Translations under genes and position numbers: made by a program
In this document: positions 25,753-34,337 of the stretch, piece by piece
How the letters are laid out: each line of letters starts with the position of its first letter
How positions within the stretch are numbered: the stretch's first letter is position 1
Notes under the pieces: model-generated
What the model saw: the letters and a program-made list of their open reading frames with translations, nothing else
The model's database searches: none
What the model was told of the DNA's origin: nothing
NCBI GenBank assembly: GCA_031365165.1
Contig: JANLXP010000380.1
Span: 1 to 36,755, forward strand
Length of the DNA stretch: 36,755 nt
Source of the DNA: Alphaproteobacteria bacterium
Lineage (GTDB): Bacteria; Pseudomonadota; Alphaproteobacteria; Micropepsales; Micropepsaceae
Direction: 5' to 3'

Positions 25753-26931
25753 CTACGTCGATCCTTCGATTTCGCGCAACACCTCGGCCGTGTGCTCGCC
25801 GACGGTCGGCGGATCGAGCCGGATCGCGCAGGGGCTCTTCGAGAATTTGAGCGCCGGGCGCATCGTACGGTACCGGCCCTCGCTCTTGATCTCGCGCTCT
25901 TCGAAGAACCCGACATCCTTGAAATGCGGGTCGTCGAACAAGGTCGAGGTCTCGTTCGCCCGCATCGCAGGAACATGATGCTCGGCGCACAGCGCCATCC
26001 ATTCTTCCGTCGTGTGCGTCGCCGCCGCCTCGCGCATCATGTCGTAATAGACATTGACCCGCGCCTTGCCGTCGGGCGCCGCAAGGAAGAGTTCGCTGTT
26101 GTAGGCGTCGGGAATCCCACCCAATTCCAAAAACTTCACAGACCCTTCGCGGCTTGCCGGTAGCACGACGAGATAGCCGTCCTTCGTCTTATAAGGCTTG
26201 CGATGCGGCGTGATCGTCGTTGCGTGCCCGAACTTGCCCGGCAGATCGAGATAGGTCTTGCCCCAGATGTGTTCGGCCTGAATGAACCCGGTGAACGCCT
26301 CGAGCATCGGCACCTCGACGTACTGCCCCTCGCCCGTTTTCTCCCGGTGATGCAGCGCAGCCAACGTTGCGATCACCGCGAACAACCCGCTCGTCTTGTC
26401 CGCAATGATCGACGGAAACGGGCGAAGCTCCTTGTTGCCATCGTAGAGCGGCAGCAAATCGCACGCGCCCGACGCCGCTTGGATTAAGTCGTCGAACGCC
26501 TGCCGCCCGTTATATTCGCCGCCCGTGCCATAGCCGATCGCCTCGACATAAATGATGTTGGGCTTGAGGCTAGCGACCTCGTCGTAACCAAAGCCCAGCC
26601 GCCGGATCGCCTCCGGCCGCATGTTGTGAATGAAGACATCGCCGGTGCGCACCAGCTCGCGCAACTGCGCCTTGCCTTCGTCCGTCTTGAGATCCACGGC
26701 CACCGACCGCTTGTTGCGATTGAAAGCCACGAACATCGGCCCCATCTTGTCCGACTTCGGCGCCTTACCTTGATTGCGCTGCCGGTCGCCCGAAGGCTCC
26801 TCGACCTTGATCACGTCAGCACCAAGGTCGCCCAACGTCATCGTCGCATAAGGCCCAAGCACGAATTGCGTCAGGTCGATCACGCGGATCCCGGCCAACG
26901 GCCCTGGCTTCGCGTCGGTCTGTGCGGTCAT
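25753..26931 (-). CDS. family III CoA-transferase (CaiB/BaiF type)
   Basis: [34 protein letters not shown]-terminal signature. Confidence 0.88.
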   Translation of the reverse strand: MTAQTDAKPGPLAGIRVIDLTQFVLGPYATMTLGDLGADVIKVEEPSGDRQRNQGKAPKSDKMGPMFVAFNRNKRSVAVDLKTDEGKAQLRELVRTGDVFIHNMRPEAIRRLGFGYDEVASLKPNIIYVEAIGYGTGGEYNGRQAFDDLIQAASGACDLLPLYDGNKELRPFPSIIADKTSGLFAVIATLAALHHREKTGEGQYVEVPMLEAFTGFIQAEHIWGKTYLDLPGKFGHATTITPHRKPYKTKDGYLVVLPASREGSVKFLELGGIPDAYNSELFLAAPDGKARVNVYYDMMREAAATHTTEEWMALCAEHHVPAMRANETSTLFDDPHFKDVGFFEEREIKSEGRYRTMRPALKFSKSPCAIRLDPPTVGEHTAEVLREIEGST

Positions 26932-27005
26932 GAGGAGGCTCTTTGCGTTGAATGGCGTGACGCGCTAACCCTAGCCTCGGGCAAGCAAAAAACGCCAGGA
27001 AAACC

Positions 27006-27755
27006 ATGCAACTCCATCAGTCCTCGTGGCCGGAAATCGAGACCTATCTGAAGCAATCGACGGGTCTCATCGTGCCCATCGGTTCCACCGAACAGCACGG
27101 ACCCAACGGCTTGCTCGGGACCGACGCGATCTGCCCTGAGGTGATCGCGAAAGCCGCCGGCGACGAAAGCGGCATCCTGGTGGGTCCCACATTCAACGTC
27201 GGTTCCGCACAGCACCATCTGGGCTTTCCAGGCACCATCACGCTCCGCCCCTCGACGATGATCGCGGCCATGCAGGATTGGACGACGTCGCTCACGCGTC
27301 ACGGCTTCGACCGCATCTATTGGTTCAACGGCCACGGCGGCAACATCGCGCCCGTCAACTCGGCATTCTCGGAGATCTACTCAGAATTTTCGTTCGGCCG
27401 CGCCGGCTCGAACCGCAAACCGATCCGCCTCTTCCTGCGCAACTGGTGGGAACTCAGCGGCGTGAGCGACCTCTGCCGCGAACTCTTCCCCGTGGGCGAA
27501 GGCAGCCACGCGACAGCCTCCGAAGTCTCCGTCACCTACTTCGCGTATCCGGACGCTCAGAAAAAAGTCGAGATGCACCCAAAGATCGCGCCGAACGGCT
27601 CGATCCGCGACGCCGAAGACTACCGCCGCCAATTCCCCGACGGCCGAATCGGCTCCGACCCATCACAGGCCACGCCCGAAAAAGGCAAACGCCTCGTCGA
27701 AGCCGCAACAAAAGCGCTCATCGCCGACTACAATGCATTCCTGCGCGCAGCCTAA
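27006..27755 (+). CDS. creatininase-family amidohydrolase
   Basis: IVPIGSTEQHGPNGLLGTD and GHGGN motifs. Confidence 0.85.
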   Translation: MQLHQSSWPEIETYLKQSTGLIVPIGSTEQHGPNGLLGTDAICPEVIAKAAGDESGILVGPTFNVGSAQHHLGFPGTITLRPSTMIAAMQDWTTSLTRHGFDRIYWFNGHGGNIAPVNSAFSEIYSEFSFGRAGSNRKPIRLFLRNWWELSGVSDLCRELFPVGEGSHATASEVSVTYFAYPDAQKKVEMHPKIAPNGSIRDAEDYRRQFPDGRIGSDPSQATPEKGKRLVEAATKALIADYNAFLRAA

Positions 27756-28082
27756 TCACACGACGACAACACCGTTCTCGACTGTGCACGCGATCCCGGT
27801 CAGCGACTTCCCCTCGCACGGCCCGCTGACGCAGAACCCGTCCTCGACCCGAAACCGCGCGCCATGTGTCGAGCAGACGAGTAACCCGTCCTGATCCATG
27901 AACCGGTCCGGAAACGTCTCAAGCGGCGTGCCCTGATGCGGGCAAGCATTGACGTAGGCCCGCAGCACGCCGTCGCGTCGAACCAAGATCACGTCGCGCC
28001 GCGCAACACCTTCGCCGATCAGGAACCCGCGCGCTTGGCCTTCGGCAACCTCATCCGCACGGCACAACATGACACCGCTCAC
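27756..28082 (-). CDS. Rieske [2Fe-2S] domain protein (ferredoxin-type)
   Basis: CPHQGTPL...CSTHGARF motif. GTG 28082 overlaps the upstream stop (GTGA). ATG 28070 is an alternative start. Confidence 0.8.
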   Translation of the reverse strand: MSGVMLCRADEVAEGQARGFLIGEGVARRDVILVRRDGVLRAYVNACPHQGTPLETFPDRFMDQDGLLVCSTHGARFRVEDGFCVSGPCEGKSLTGIACTVENGVVVV

Positions 28083-28336
28083 GTAAGCGCCCGCCGCGCG
28101 AGTGTCACAAGCCGCGCCCGCTCAGCCACGGTCCGCACGCGAAACCGCTCGTAGCCGCCGTCGAGCGAGGGCTTCAAATCCGCGAACGGCCCGGCCGGAT
28201 CTTCGTGAAAATGCAAGTAGGCCTTCGCCCCCACATAGAACGTGCCTCGCTTCTTCTCCCTCAAGCGCGGCAATGTCCGCAGCTGCGCCAGCAACGGCTC
28301 AAGTTCGTCGAGCGCATCATCGCCCGCGTGCTTCAT
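28079..28336 (-). CDS. hypothetical 85-aa protein
   Basis: ATG 28336 overlaps the S26-like gene stop (ATGA), indicating translational coupling. No family recognised. Confidence 0.5.
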   Translation of the reverse strand: MKHAGDDALDELEPLLAQLRTLPRLREKKRGTFYVGAKAYLHFHEDPAGPFADLKPSLDGGYERFRVRTVAERARLVTLARRALT

Positions 28337-29304
28337 TTCGTGACTGGCGGGCAATAATCCGACGCCTCGATTGCCGCCGTGGGGACGAGCGTCTTCCCAA
28401 TCCGATGCCAATCGCCCGACCAAATGATAAACAGCGCCCGGCCGCCAAAGTTATCGTTGGAGACCGGGCCCCGCGTCCGGCTGTCGTTGGCGTTTTCCCT
28501 GTTATCGCCGATCACAAAAAACCAGTCATCGGGAACTGTCGCTTCGTCGGTGTTGCGAGAGAATTCGACCGAGTCGAAATTTTGCACGACATAGCTCCGC
28601 CCTCCGACCGTTTCAACAGAGCGGCGTGCAAGTTCCCCGCTGTCGGCCTCGGGGACCGAACAAAGAACACGCTGTGGAATCTCACGCCCGTCAACCAGAA
28701 CTTTGCGCTCGATCACCGCAACTGTCTGCCCTCCCACCGCAATGAGGCGATAGATGAACGCTCCCTCTCCCTCCTGAGGCCAGCTAACGACAACAATTGA
28801 TCCAAGCTGGCCCGCCAGGTCGCTTTGGGTTGCGCCACGCGCAGTCTTGACCCAAAAATACTCGCCCTCCATCAAACTCGGCTCTAAAGAACCACTGGTC
28901 GCGCGATAGGGCTTGTAGGCGCCAAACAGCGACGGCTCGCCGATCACCGTCAACAGCCCCCTGTTCGCGCCTTGGCTGACAAGCGTGAACGCGAGCACGA
29001 AACCAACGTAAACGTACCAACAGTGATAGCTTCGCCGCGGAACTTCAGAGTGGCGCCAAGCATAGATGCTCGCTTCAATCGCACTCCCCCACGCCAAAAG
29101 GATGGGAGCGCCGAACGCCGCAACAAAGCCCGCGAAACTCGATGGTATCGCAGTCCAAAAAAGTGCAAACAATGCCGCGAATACGCCAACGATATAAGCG
29201 GCGAGACGCGCGCGCCCTGTGTAGAGCTGTCCTGCACCAGGTGCGGCCAGACCAAGCAAAACCGCCACCCACCAATGCCTGCGTACCGTCGTGCTTTCTT
29301 CCAT
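28333..29304 (-). CDS. S26 (signal peptidase I)-like protein with three-TM N-terminal extension
   Basis: Box B SGSLEPSL, box C GSIVVVSWP, box E VIGDNRENANDSRTRGPV. The box D position reads IYRLIAVGG instead of IKRVIGLPG. ATG 29304 shares one nt with the EVE gene stop. Confidence 0.75.
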   Translation of the reverse strand: MEESTTVRRHWWVAVLLGLAAPGAGQLYTGRARLAAYIVGVFAALFALFWTAIPSSFAGFVAAFGAPILLAWGSAIEASIYAWRHSEVPRRSYHCWYVYVGFVLAFTLVSQGANRGLLTVIGEPSLFGAYKPYRATSGSLEPSLMEGEYFWVKTARGATQSDLAGQLGSIVVVSWPQEGEGAFIYRLIAVGGQTVAVIERKVLVDGREIPQRVLCSVPEADSGELARRSVETVGGRSYVVQNFDSVEFSRNTDEATVPDDWFFVIGDNRENANDSRTRGPVSNDNFGGRALFIIWSGDWHRIGKTLVPTAAIEASDYCPPVTK

Positions 29305-29723
29305 CAGCTCTTGAACCCACCCATCTTGCGAACGAGCTTCCATTCGGCGTCGGTCACCGGCTGCACGGAAAGCCGCGCGTATTTCGTCAACGCCATGTCC
29401 TTAAGCTTCGGCTCAGCCTTCACCTGCGCGAGCGTGACCGGTGTTGGGAACGGCTCCACCGCAACGACGTCGACCATCGACCAGAAATCCTCCTCGGCTG
29501 TCGTATCCTGGTAGGCCTCTTTGATCACCTTCACGACGCCGACGACGGCCTTCTCTTTGCCCGTGTGATAGAAGAACGCGAGATCGCCCTTCTTCATCTG
29601 CCGAAGATTGTCGCGCGCCGTGAAATTGCGAACGCCGCTCCACGGCTCGCCCTTTGCGCCGCGCTTCAGCTGGTGTTCCCAACCGAACGTTTCCGCTTCC
29701 GTTTTCAAAAGCCAGTAAGCCAT
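29304..29723 (-). CDS. EVE (PUA-like) domain protein
   Basis: MAYWLLKTE...WSGVRNFTARDNLRQMKKGDLAFFYH motifs. Confidence 0.85.
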   Translation of the reverse strand: MAYWLLKTEAETFGWEHQLKRGAKGEPWSGVRNFTARDNLRQMKKGDLAFFYHTGKEKAVVGVVKVIKEAYQDTTAEEDFWSMVDVVAVEPFPTPVTLAQVKAEPKLKDMALTKYARLSVQPVTDAEWKLVRKMGGFKS

Positions 29724-29728
29724 GACCC

Positions 29729-30019
29729 TCACTCCTTCGGCGCGCCGACCGTCCACTTCCAAGGACGAATATCCACGTTCGAAAACAAACCTGCTTGCGC
29801 ATAGGGATCGCCCGCCGCAAACGCGCGCGCCGCCTCGATATTGGGAAGATCGACAATGAGCATGCTGCCCAGCATCGTCGCCCCATCTTCCGACACGAAC
29901 GGCCCCGCGATTTTCACCTCGCTCAGGCGCGACTGAATATAGGCGAGGTGACGCGACCGCGCCTCCAACCGCACCGCCGTCGAATTCGGCTTATCCGTAC
30001 AGATCAACGCAAACAGCAT
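29729..30019 (-). CDS. YciI-family protein
   Basis: 96 aa; ...GDPYAQAGLF... is typical of the YCII fold. Start lies 3 nt after the gpsA stop. Confidence 0.85.
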   Translation of the reverse strand: MLFALICTDKPNSTAVRLEARSRHLAYIQSRLSEVKIAGPFVSEDGATMLGSMLIVDLPNIEAARAFAAGDPYAQAGLFSNVDIRPWKWTVGAPKE

Positions 30020-30022
30020 CGT

Positions 30023-31030
30023 CTAGTGCTCGCTCTTTAAAGGCCGCGACAGCAGCGCGCCGATCGCAGCTTCCACGCCGATACGGCCCGCCACGATCTC
30101 GGCAACCGCCGCCGCAATCGGCATTTCGACATTAGCGGCCTTGGCCCGCATCACCAAAGCCTCCGCCGTCGCCGCCCCTTCGGCCAAGGGACCGCCGTCG
30201 TCTGCGCGCCCGCCTTGCGAAAGGCGCACGCCCAACGAAAAATTCCGCGACTGCACGCTCGACGCCGTCAGCATCAAATCGCCAAGCCCGCTCAACCCGC
30301 CCATCGTCTCGGCCTTCGCGCCAAGCGCGAGCCCGAACCTTGTCATCTCCGCAAACCCGCGCGTGGTGAGCGCCGCGCGCGCACTCTCGCCGAACCCACG
30401 GCCTTCGACGATGCCGCACGCGATCGCGAGCACGTTCTTCACCGCGCCACCGATCGCAACCCCAACGACGTCGCTCGAGACGTAAGGCCGGAACGCCAAC
30501 GTGCCGATCGCGCGCGCAACCTCATCGGCTAGCACGGCATCGTCGAGCGCCAGCGTCACCGCACACGGAAGGCCGCGCGCAACCTCTGTTGCAAAGCTCG
30601 GTCCCGACAACATCCCGAATGTCATGGCCGGCGCCGTCGCACGTGCGACTTCGGGCATCAACATGCCGGTCGCGCGCTCGATCCCTTTCGCACAAATTAA
30701 AACCGGCACACCGGCGCGCGCATGAAGCGCGATCATCTGCACCGTGGCGCGCAAATGCTGCGCCGGACAAACGAGCAAGATCGCGTCGACGTCGCTGAGT
30801 GCAGCCGCATCGCCCGTCGCCATGATCGCAGGGCTCAAAGGAACGCCGGGCAGAAAGGGTAAATTTTCGTGCACCTTAGAAATGGCGCGAACGACCTCGG
30901 GCTCGCGGGCCCAAAGTGTCACCGTTCGCCCGGCGCTTGCTGACGCTTGCGCCAGGGCCGTGCCCCATGCTCCGGCGCCGACGACGCCGATGTGGCTTAT
31001 CCCCGAGGCACTTGCCCGCTTTCCGATCAC
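30023..31030 (-). CDS. gpsA: NAD(P)H-dependent glycerol-3-phosphate dehydrogenase
   Basis: IGVVGAGAWGTALA Rossmann motif and GAVKNVLAIACG. GTG 31030 preferred because the longer ORF (to 31153) would overlap the divergent TetR gene. Confidence 0.88.
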   Translation of the reverse strand: MIGKRASASGISHIGVVGAGAWGTALAQASASAGRTVTLWAREPEVVRAISKVHENLPFLPGVPLSPAIMATGDAAALSDVDAILLVCPAQHLRATVQMIALHARAGVPVLICAKGIERATGMLMPEVARATAPAMTFGMLSGPSFATEVARGLPCAVTLALDDAVLADEVARAIGTLAFRPYVSSDVVGVAIGGAVKNVLAIACGIVEGRGFGESARAALTTRGFAEMTRFGLALGAKAETMGGLSGLGDLMLTASSVQSRNFSLGVRLSQGGRADDGGPLAEGAATAEALVMRAKAANVEMPIAAAVAEIVAGRIGVEAAIGALLSRPLKSEH

Positions 31031-31094
31031 ACCTGGGTCACCAAGTGAATGTTTTGTTGAATATTTACTCGGAACGTATACATTCGACGCACAA

Positions 31095-31748
31095 ATGTTG
31101 TGCAAAGACACCGTTAGAGGAAACATCCTAGAAGCGGCGAAAAAGCGTTTCACCCACTACGGTTACGCCAAAACGACGATGGCCGAGATAGCCGCGGACT
31201 GCAACATGTCCCCCGGCAATCTGTATCGGTACTTTCCAGGCAAACTGGACATCGCAGAGGCGATCAGCACCGAAGCTGGTGAAGCAGCAATTTCCAAGCT
31301 TCGCGAGGTTCTCCGCCGCCCGGGCCGCTCCGCAAGAGAGCGGTTGCGCGACTTTTGTTTCGCCGACATGCGGCTGACCTACGAACAGCTCGAGTTCGAC
31401 AAGCAAATATATGAGATGGCGCGCGTCATCTCGATGGAGCGGCCACAATTCGCGAACCGGATTTTGGCGCTCCACCGGGCACTTTTGTCGGAGATCCTGG
31501 CTGCCGGAAACGCTTCGGGTGAGTTCTCTATAGAAGACGTGGTCTTCACCGCGGAAATGCTCCAATCCGCCACGATGAAGTTCCGCTACCCGCAGTTGCA
31601 CTCAAAGCTCTCCTACGACCGGCTGGAGCGAGAGCTTGAAGGGGTCCTTCACCTCTTACTAAATGGCCTGGACGACGGCGGCGCAGGCCGCGAAGTGCCC
31701 CGCAAGGCACAAGAATCGCAGAAACCCGACACTCTCGTTAGCCTTTGA
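31095..31748 (+). CDS. TetR-family transcriptional regulator
   Basis: ILEAAKKRFTHYGYAKTTMAEIAADCNMSPGNLYRYFPGK HTH signature. ATG 31095. Confidence 0.85.
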   Translation: MLCKDTVRGNILEAAKKRFTHYGYAKTTMAEIAADCNMSPGNLYRYFPGKLDIAEAISTEAGEAAISKLREVLRRPGRSARERLRDFCFADMRLTYEQLEFDKQIYEMARVISMERPQFANRILALHRALLSEILAAGNASGEFSIEDVVFTAEMLQSATMKFRYPQLHSKLSYDRLERELEGVLHLLLNGLDDGGAGREVPRKAQESQKPDTLVSL

Positions 31749-31903
31749 CCTGATCCAAAGGTTAACAAACTGCGGCAGGACGTCGCAGCTGGCGTAATGA
31801 GTGAACAAAAACGATTTCATTCATTGATTTCTGATCAGGGGTCCTCTACATAGAGATCACCGCGGGAGACACCCCGCCCCAAGATTTCAAAGGAGAGACT
31901 TCC

Positions 31904-32011
31904 ATGACGAACAACACAAACCTCGTGACCCAGATCTCGACGACAGTGGCCGGCTTCGTTCTCGGCGCATACGGCCTCGCGTTCCTGGTGAATACGCTGA
32001 ACTGGCTCTAA
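31904..32011 (+). CDS. 35-aa hydrophobic micro-protein
   Basis: Hand translation MTNNTNLVTQISTTVAGFVLGAYGLAFLVNTLNWL. Strong SD AAGGAGAG lies 5-6 nt upstream. A dedicated terminator follows directly. Confidence 0.5.
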   Translation: MTNNTNLVTQISTTVAGFVLGAYGLAFLVNTLNWL

Positions 32012-32037
32012 TCCTCCCCGTGAGACAGTTCGCCCCG

Positions 32038-32082
32038 AAACGGGCGGCAGGTCGAAAGACCTAGCCGCCCGTTTCCTATTTC
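32038..32082 (+). terminator. Rho-independent terminator
   Basis: AAACGGGCGGCAGGTC-GAAA-GACCT(A)GCCGCCCGTTT, a 16-bp stem with one bulge and a GAAA loop, followed by a T-rich tail. Confidence 0.7.
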
Positions 32083-32182
32083 GGGCCGGCGTCGGATGGA
32101 TGAAGCGCCCATGAACGGCGCGGCGGGACGCCATTCAGAAGCAGAGGACTAGCCTGCACGCGACGATCGAAAGGATCACCCG

Positions 32183-32764
32183 ATGTCGCGCCTTATGTCT
32201 TCCACCGCCATCATCCTAACGCTCATAGCCGTCGGAACGATCGGCGACGCTTCCGCCGGCAACGGCGCGCTGGTCGCCCAACTGCGCAAGAGCGTTCAGA
32301 ATCAAGCGAAGATCGAGCAGCACCGCGATATCGGCGCGACGGCGCACCGGGTGAACCCCGCCGACATCGTCCTCGGCTTAGTCGGCCAAGGCCGGATGAA
32401 CCTCCGCGCCGGTCAAGCCATCTCGAACAACAACGCAACGACCGATCAGCAAGGCAGCGCCAACCTCGCCGCCATCGCTCAGTCCGGCCAGAACCTAACC
32501 GCAACGATCACGCAATCCGGCACCGCCAACAGCGCAACCGTCCGCCAGTTCGGCCGCGGCAACAACACGACGATCGCGCAAGTGGGCGACGACAACACGG
32601 CCTGCGTGATTCAGATCGGCCGCAACCTCGATACCGGCCTCACCCAAACCGGCGGACAATCGACGGGCCTCCTGCAAACCCGCCGCGGCACGCGCGAGAT
32701 CCCAGTGGAACTCTGCACCGCCGCCGCAAATCTGAAACGCCAGCAGGTCAAGCGGCTGCTGTAG
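32183..32764 (+). CDS. curlin-repeat (CsgA/CsgB-like) secreted protein
   Basis: Signal peptide ending DASA. Residues 89-165 (nt 32447-32677) form seven consecutive 11-residue QxGxxNxAx(I/V)x units. Confidence 0.75.
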   Translation: MSRLMSSTAIILTLIAVGTIGDASAGNGALVAQLRKSVQNQAKIEQHRDIGATAHRVNPADIVLGLVGQGRMNLRAGQAISNNNATTDQQGSANLAAIAQSGQNLTATITQSGTANSATVRQFGRGNNTTIAQVGDDNTACVIQIGRNLDTGLTQTGGQSTGLLQTRRGTREIPVELCTAAANLKRQQVKRLL

Positions 32765-32770
32765 CTCTTC

Positions 32771-32792
32771 GCGCCGGCGTTACGGCCGGCGC
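32771..32792. repeat. GC hairpin GCGCCGGC-N6-GCCGGCGC between convergent genes
   Basis: Perfect 8-bp stem. The loop contains the S41 stop codon. No U-tract on either strand. Confidence 0.5.
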
Positions 32793-34234
32793 GCAATCGC
32801 GAGTGCCTGCTGCAGCACGACATCCGATATCGGCTCAACCACCGGTGTATCGATGGCAATGTCGGGAACGACGCCACGCGGGCGCGTATCGCCGTTGACG
32901 CGGATGATCTCGGCCTTCGGAAAACCGACCGTGATCCCCGTGCGCGAGAGCGTGAACTGCTCCATAGCGCCGATCGTCGTCGCGAGATCCGACGTCTCCT
33001 CACCGACAATCGCGGCAAACCCGTAATCTTGCGACTGCGCGGCCACCTGCACGGTATTCGAATAGGAATGGCGGTTGATCAGCAGATAGACCTTGCCGCC
33101 GAACCGCGCGCCGCGCCGCGGCTCGACCATCGGGAGGTCGAACGAGAACACCTCGCCGACGCGATGCTTTGCATAAGCCGCGGCAAACTTCGCCGAGATC
33201 CCTTCCTTGTCGTCGGGCGCCATGGCGACACGCTTGGCATTCGAAGCGATCGCGGCCTCGCTCGCTTTGATCCGAAATTCCCTGCAAAAGCGGAAGGGTT
33301 TGTTCGCGTACCAAGCAACCACGAGGTCGCTGAAAGAATTGTCGCCGCCGGGATTGTCCCGCAAATCGATCACCACCGCTCGCGCGCGGGCGTTCACAAA
33401 GGCGCCGAACGAGCCGTCGATGAAAGTGCGGAACTGCTCGACGTCCCAAATGTTCTTCGCGTTCGGATCGTTGTTGTAGAACGGACCCGGCCTCAGATAG
33501 CCGACATCGCCGATCATCCGAAACGTGCGCTTGTCCCAATCGAGTTCAAGCGAAGGCGCCACACGTGCCGAGGCGGCCAGAATCTCCTCCCGCGTCCGTG
33601 CAGGCAACGACACTTCGTGTGACCCACCTTGGGCATTACGAAGCGTGAGTTGGAACTGGTCCGCGGGACCGAGTTCGAGCCAAAGCAAAGCGGCAAATCG
33701 ATTCTCAAGCAGCGTGTTGAGCATGTAGTCGTTGTCGGCTGACACATTCGCGCCAATCCGCTTCAGCCAATCGCCGATCGGCACGCCGTTCAGAGCCACG
33801 ATCTCCTCACCCGGTGCGATCGGCGCGGGACTGGCGTTGCGGACAACAAACACGCGGCCCGCCTTGACCCGAATAAAAACCGGCATCGTCCGTCCGCCGG
33901 CATCGCGATAGGCGCCGTAAGCATCCGTCGGAAAGTCGATGCGCGAATGCGCCACGCGCCCGAACGCCATGAATTTCTGAAACGCACCGCCGGCCTCAAC
34001 CGCCGTCATCGGCCCGTCGAAGCCAGACATCGTGGCTTGAAACAGCGCGTCATACTCGCGTTGCGGGCGCCGCGCGAACAGGTTGAAATGCGAGGCGGCA
34101 AGCTTCGCGTAAAGTTCGGCGAAATCGGCCCGAATGGCCGACGGATCGAAGCGCTGCTCGGAAGGCGGCGCAGCGGCAGCCAAGACCCCAGCGAACGAAA
34201 GAACGACGGCAAAGCCAACCGCAAGAAGACGCAT
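32780..34234 (-). CDS. S41-family (tail-specific/C-terminal processing type) peptidase, secreted
   Basis: ATG 34234 with AAGGAG SD. Signal peptide MRLLAVGFAVVLSFAGVLAAAA. IDLRDNPGGDN motif. Confidence 0.85.
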   Translation of the reverse strand: MRLLAVGFAVVLSFAGVLAAAAPPSEQRFDPSAIRADFAELYAKLAASHFNLFARRPQREYDALFQATMSGFDGPMTAVEAGGAFQKFMAFGRVAHSRIDFPTDAYGAYRDAGGRTMPVFIRVKAGRVFVVRNASPAPIAPGEEIVALNGVPIGDWLKRIGANVSADNDYMLNTLLENRFAALLWLELGPADQFQLTLRNAQGGSHEVSLPARTREEILAASARVAPSLELDWDKRTFRMIGDVGYLRPGPFYNNDPNAKNIWDVEQFRTFIDGSFGAFVNARARAVVIDLRDNPGGDNSFSDLVVAWYANKPFRFCREFRIKASEAAIASNAKRVAMAPDDKEGISAKFAAAYAKHRVGEVFSFDLPMVEPRRGARFGGKVYLLINRHSYSNTVQVAAQSQDYGFAAIVGEETSDLATTIGAMEQFTLSRTGITVGFPKAEIIRVNGDTRPRGVVPDIAIDTPVVEPISDVVLQQALAIARRP

Positions 34235-34286
34235 CAACCCAACTCCTTTGATCACGCTTCCGGGGCTACCAGGTCGTGCCTATATA

Positions 34287-34316
34287 GTCAGGACGAACAC
34301 CTCCTATTTTCCTGAC
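34287..34316. promoter_or_regulatory. inverted repeat GTCAGGA-N16-TCCTGAC in the divergent promoter region
   Basis: Read directly. Adjacent to a TATATA stretch (34281-34286). Confidence 0.4.
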
Positions 34317-34337
34317 GAAGTCCTGAGGGCCCTGGAA

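Noticed and set aside
31835-32134. 99-aa minus-strand ORF across the micro-gene and its terminator
   Set aside because: It runs antisense through a strong SD/ORF/terminator unit. It has no SD of its own and an Arg-rich, featureless translation.
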